The notes below the pieces were generated by a model that saw only the letters and a list, made by a program, of their open reading frames with translations, was not told the origin of the DNA and did not search any database. Positions 62,524 through 64,000 of a stretch of DNA of 64,000 bases are shown piece by piece. Numbering within the stretch: position 1 is the stretch's first letter; every line of letters starts with the position of its first letter. This stretch comes from Methanotrichaceae archaeon (GTDB lineage Archaea > Halobacteriota > Methanosarcinia > Methanotrichales > Methanotrichaceae): positions 224,001-288,000 of the forward strand of contig CAWDLW010000015.1 in NCBI GenBank assembly GCA_963803145.1, written 5' to 3'. A program made the translations under genes and the position numbers.

Positions 62524-63417
62524 CTAGTAACCCCCACTTGGCACCGATATAACATTGGATTTCGAAATCGTCTGCGTAACCTTGGAGACGATTTTATCGA
62601 AAGCCTTTCCGGCATCAGTATCCTGGCCCTCGAAAGCCACACCTTGATCGCCAAGCCGCCCAATCTCAGTGTCCAATGGTATTGAGCCCAGAAAATCTAC
62701 ATTTAATTCTTTTGCAGCCATTTCGACATCGCCTTTATTGAAGACCTCTACGACCTCGCCACAGTGAGGGCAACGTAGGCCGCTCATGTTCTCGACTATG
62801 CCCAGCACGGGCACATTCATCATATGGAACATGTTGACCGCCTTCCTGGAATCCAGCAATGCTACCTCTTGTGGCGTAGTGACGATAATTGCCCCATCCA
62901 GTTCGGGTATTAGCTGGACTATGCTAATGGGTTCATCACTCGTCCCTGGGGGTAGATCCACTAGTAGAAAGTCCAAGTCGCCCCAGTTAACCTCGGAGAG
63001 GAACTGTTTCAAGGCAGCCATTTTCATAGGACCTCTCCAGACAACTGCTGAGTCACGGCTCTCCAGGAGAAAGGCCATGGATATTACCTTCACTCCATCA
63101 GCATTTGCAGGCTCTATGCCATCACGCCCTGCTGTAATATGTTGGTTCTCTATGCCAATAAGCTTGGGTATGTTAGGGCCGGTGATATCTGCATCCAGGA
63201 TCCCCACTCGGTAACCTCTACGTTTAAGAGCCACGGCCATGTTGACAGTTACGGTGCTCTTGCCAACCCCGCCTTTCCCACTTCCCACCACGATCTTGTG
63301 CTTTATCCTGCCCATGCGTGTTGATGTCTCGCTCTGTGCTCCGGGATCAGTACAGCTGCTGCGCTCAGCGCAGGAGTCACAACTTCCACTGCAACCGCTT
63401 TCATCAGAACTGCTCAT
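62524..63417 (-). CDS. Mrp/NBP35 (ApbC) Fe-S cluster carrier ATPase
   Basis: N-terminal Cys cluster, SGKGGVGKST, DAD..GP, WRGP, DLPPGT.D, ENMS..CPHC. Confidence 0.95.
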   Translation of the reverse strand: MSSSDESGCSGSCDSCAERSSCTDPGAQSETSTRMGRIKHKIVVGSGKGGVGKSTVTVNMAVALKRRGYRVGILDADITGPNIPKLIGIENQHITAGRDGIEPANADGVKVISMAFLLESRDSAVVWRGPMKMAALKQFLSEVNWGDLDFLLVDLPPGTSDEPISIVQLIPELDGAIIVTTPQEVALLDSRKAVNMFHMMNVPVLGIVENMSGLRCPHCGEVVEVFNKGDVEMAAKELNVDFLGSIPLDTEIGRLGDQGVAFEGQDTDAGKAFDKIVSKVTQTISKSNVISVPSGGY

Positions 63418-63656
63418 ATTGTCATCACCAATTAATTACGAACTATACATTGCCGACAAAAAGTAGCTTATGAGATCATATATTTAAGAATTTCCCAAAA
63501 ATAGAAGACAAATTAAAATATAAAATTATCAGAGAGTGCGGTCTTGGCAATTAGGCTTAAAGGAACTCTACGGAAGATACATGCATCAATCATGCTAATA
63601 TTCATTATCTAGGCGTTATGACTTACTGAGATAGACATAGTTATGATTAGATAATC

Positions 63657-64000
63657 TCACTTCGGGCTTGTCTCCTTATTATACTCCACTGATGCTTTCA
63701 GAGCTATCATCTTTGTATTAATGAGGTCCAGCCTGGTTCTTAGAAGGTGCAGCTCTCTCTCCATCAGGCTGAGTTCTGATTCTTTTGCAGTTTGCTCGCC
63801 CTGCTCTGGAGATGCCTCTCCTTCCTCAGCACCTCTCAGTAGATAGCTTCCTCCCTCGATCAGAATCCCAGAGCCGTAGACTAAAGCCATAGCAATTTTC
63901 TTTCTGGCGATTACTAAATCGTTCCAGAAGGCCTTTCGGGAGATGCCCATATAAGAGGCCGCTTCCTCCTGTTCCAGTTCCAGCAAATCTACTAAGCGCA
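63657..64000 (-). CDS. DUF134 family DNA-binding protein (5' end outside window)
   Basis: RLVDL..LEQEEAA..MGISR......L..AR.KIA.ALV.G..I.IEGG. Confidence 0.85.
   Translation of the reverse strand, partial: RLVDLLELEQEEAASYMGISRKAFWNDLVIARKKIAMALVYGSGILIEGGSYLLRGAEEGEASPEQGEQTAKESELSLMERELHLLRTRLDLINTKMIALKASVEYNKETSPK

Noticed and set aside
1-64000. tRNA/rRNA genes and pyrrolysine or selenocysteine read-through
   Set aside because: No cloverleaf or rRNA sequence recognised; the split ORFs are explained by frameshifts, not in-frame TAG/TGA

Overview
Archaeal chromosomal window from a methanogen, most likely Methanotrichaceae (Methanothrix-like). Markers are MC1 chromatin protein, atwA (MCR component A2), mmp10, archaeal radA/RPA, smc-scpA-scpB and many secreted low-complexity proteins. 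Housekeeping and accessory content includes metG-atwA-rpa-radA, a 2-oxoacid:ferredoxin oxidoreductase pair, two hybrid histidine kinases, a Mg2+/divalent-metal cluster (NRAMP-type, MgtE-N/CBS, Lrp, CorA), an arsR(pseudo)-arsP-thioredoxin operon, a type II TA pair, three IS elements with identifiable ends (2 IS1-family, 1 IS630) and an orphan IS605/TnpB right end. Most notable: (1) a bacterial-type tRNA-guanine transglycosylase with a GGSLG pocket motif coupled to a YhhQ/VUT transporter, a candidate queuine/preQ salvage system in an archaeon; (2) a long structured leader before the NRAMP/MgtE operon (riboswitch candidate); (3) MC1 apparently starting at AUA; (4) a secreted protein with about 67 mostly 6-residue-spaced Cys; (5) a candidate anti-SD sRNA; (6) amyloid-like Q/N and aromatic repeat surface proteins. 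All calls come from reading motifs by eye; no database searches were run.
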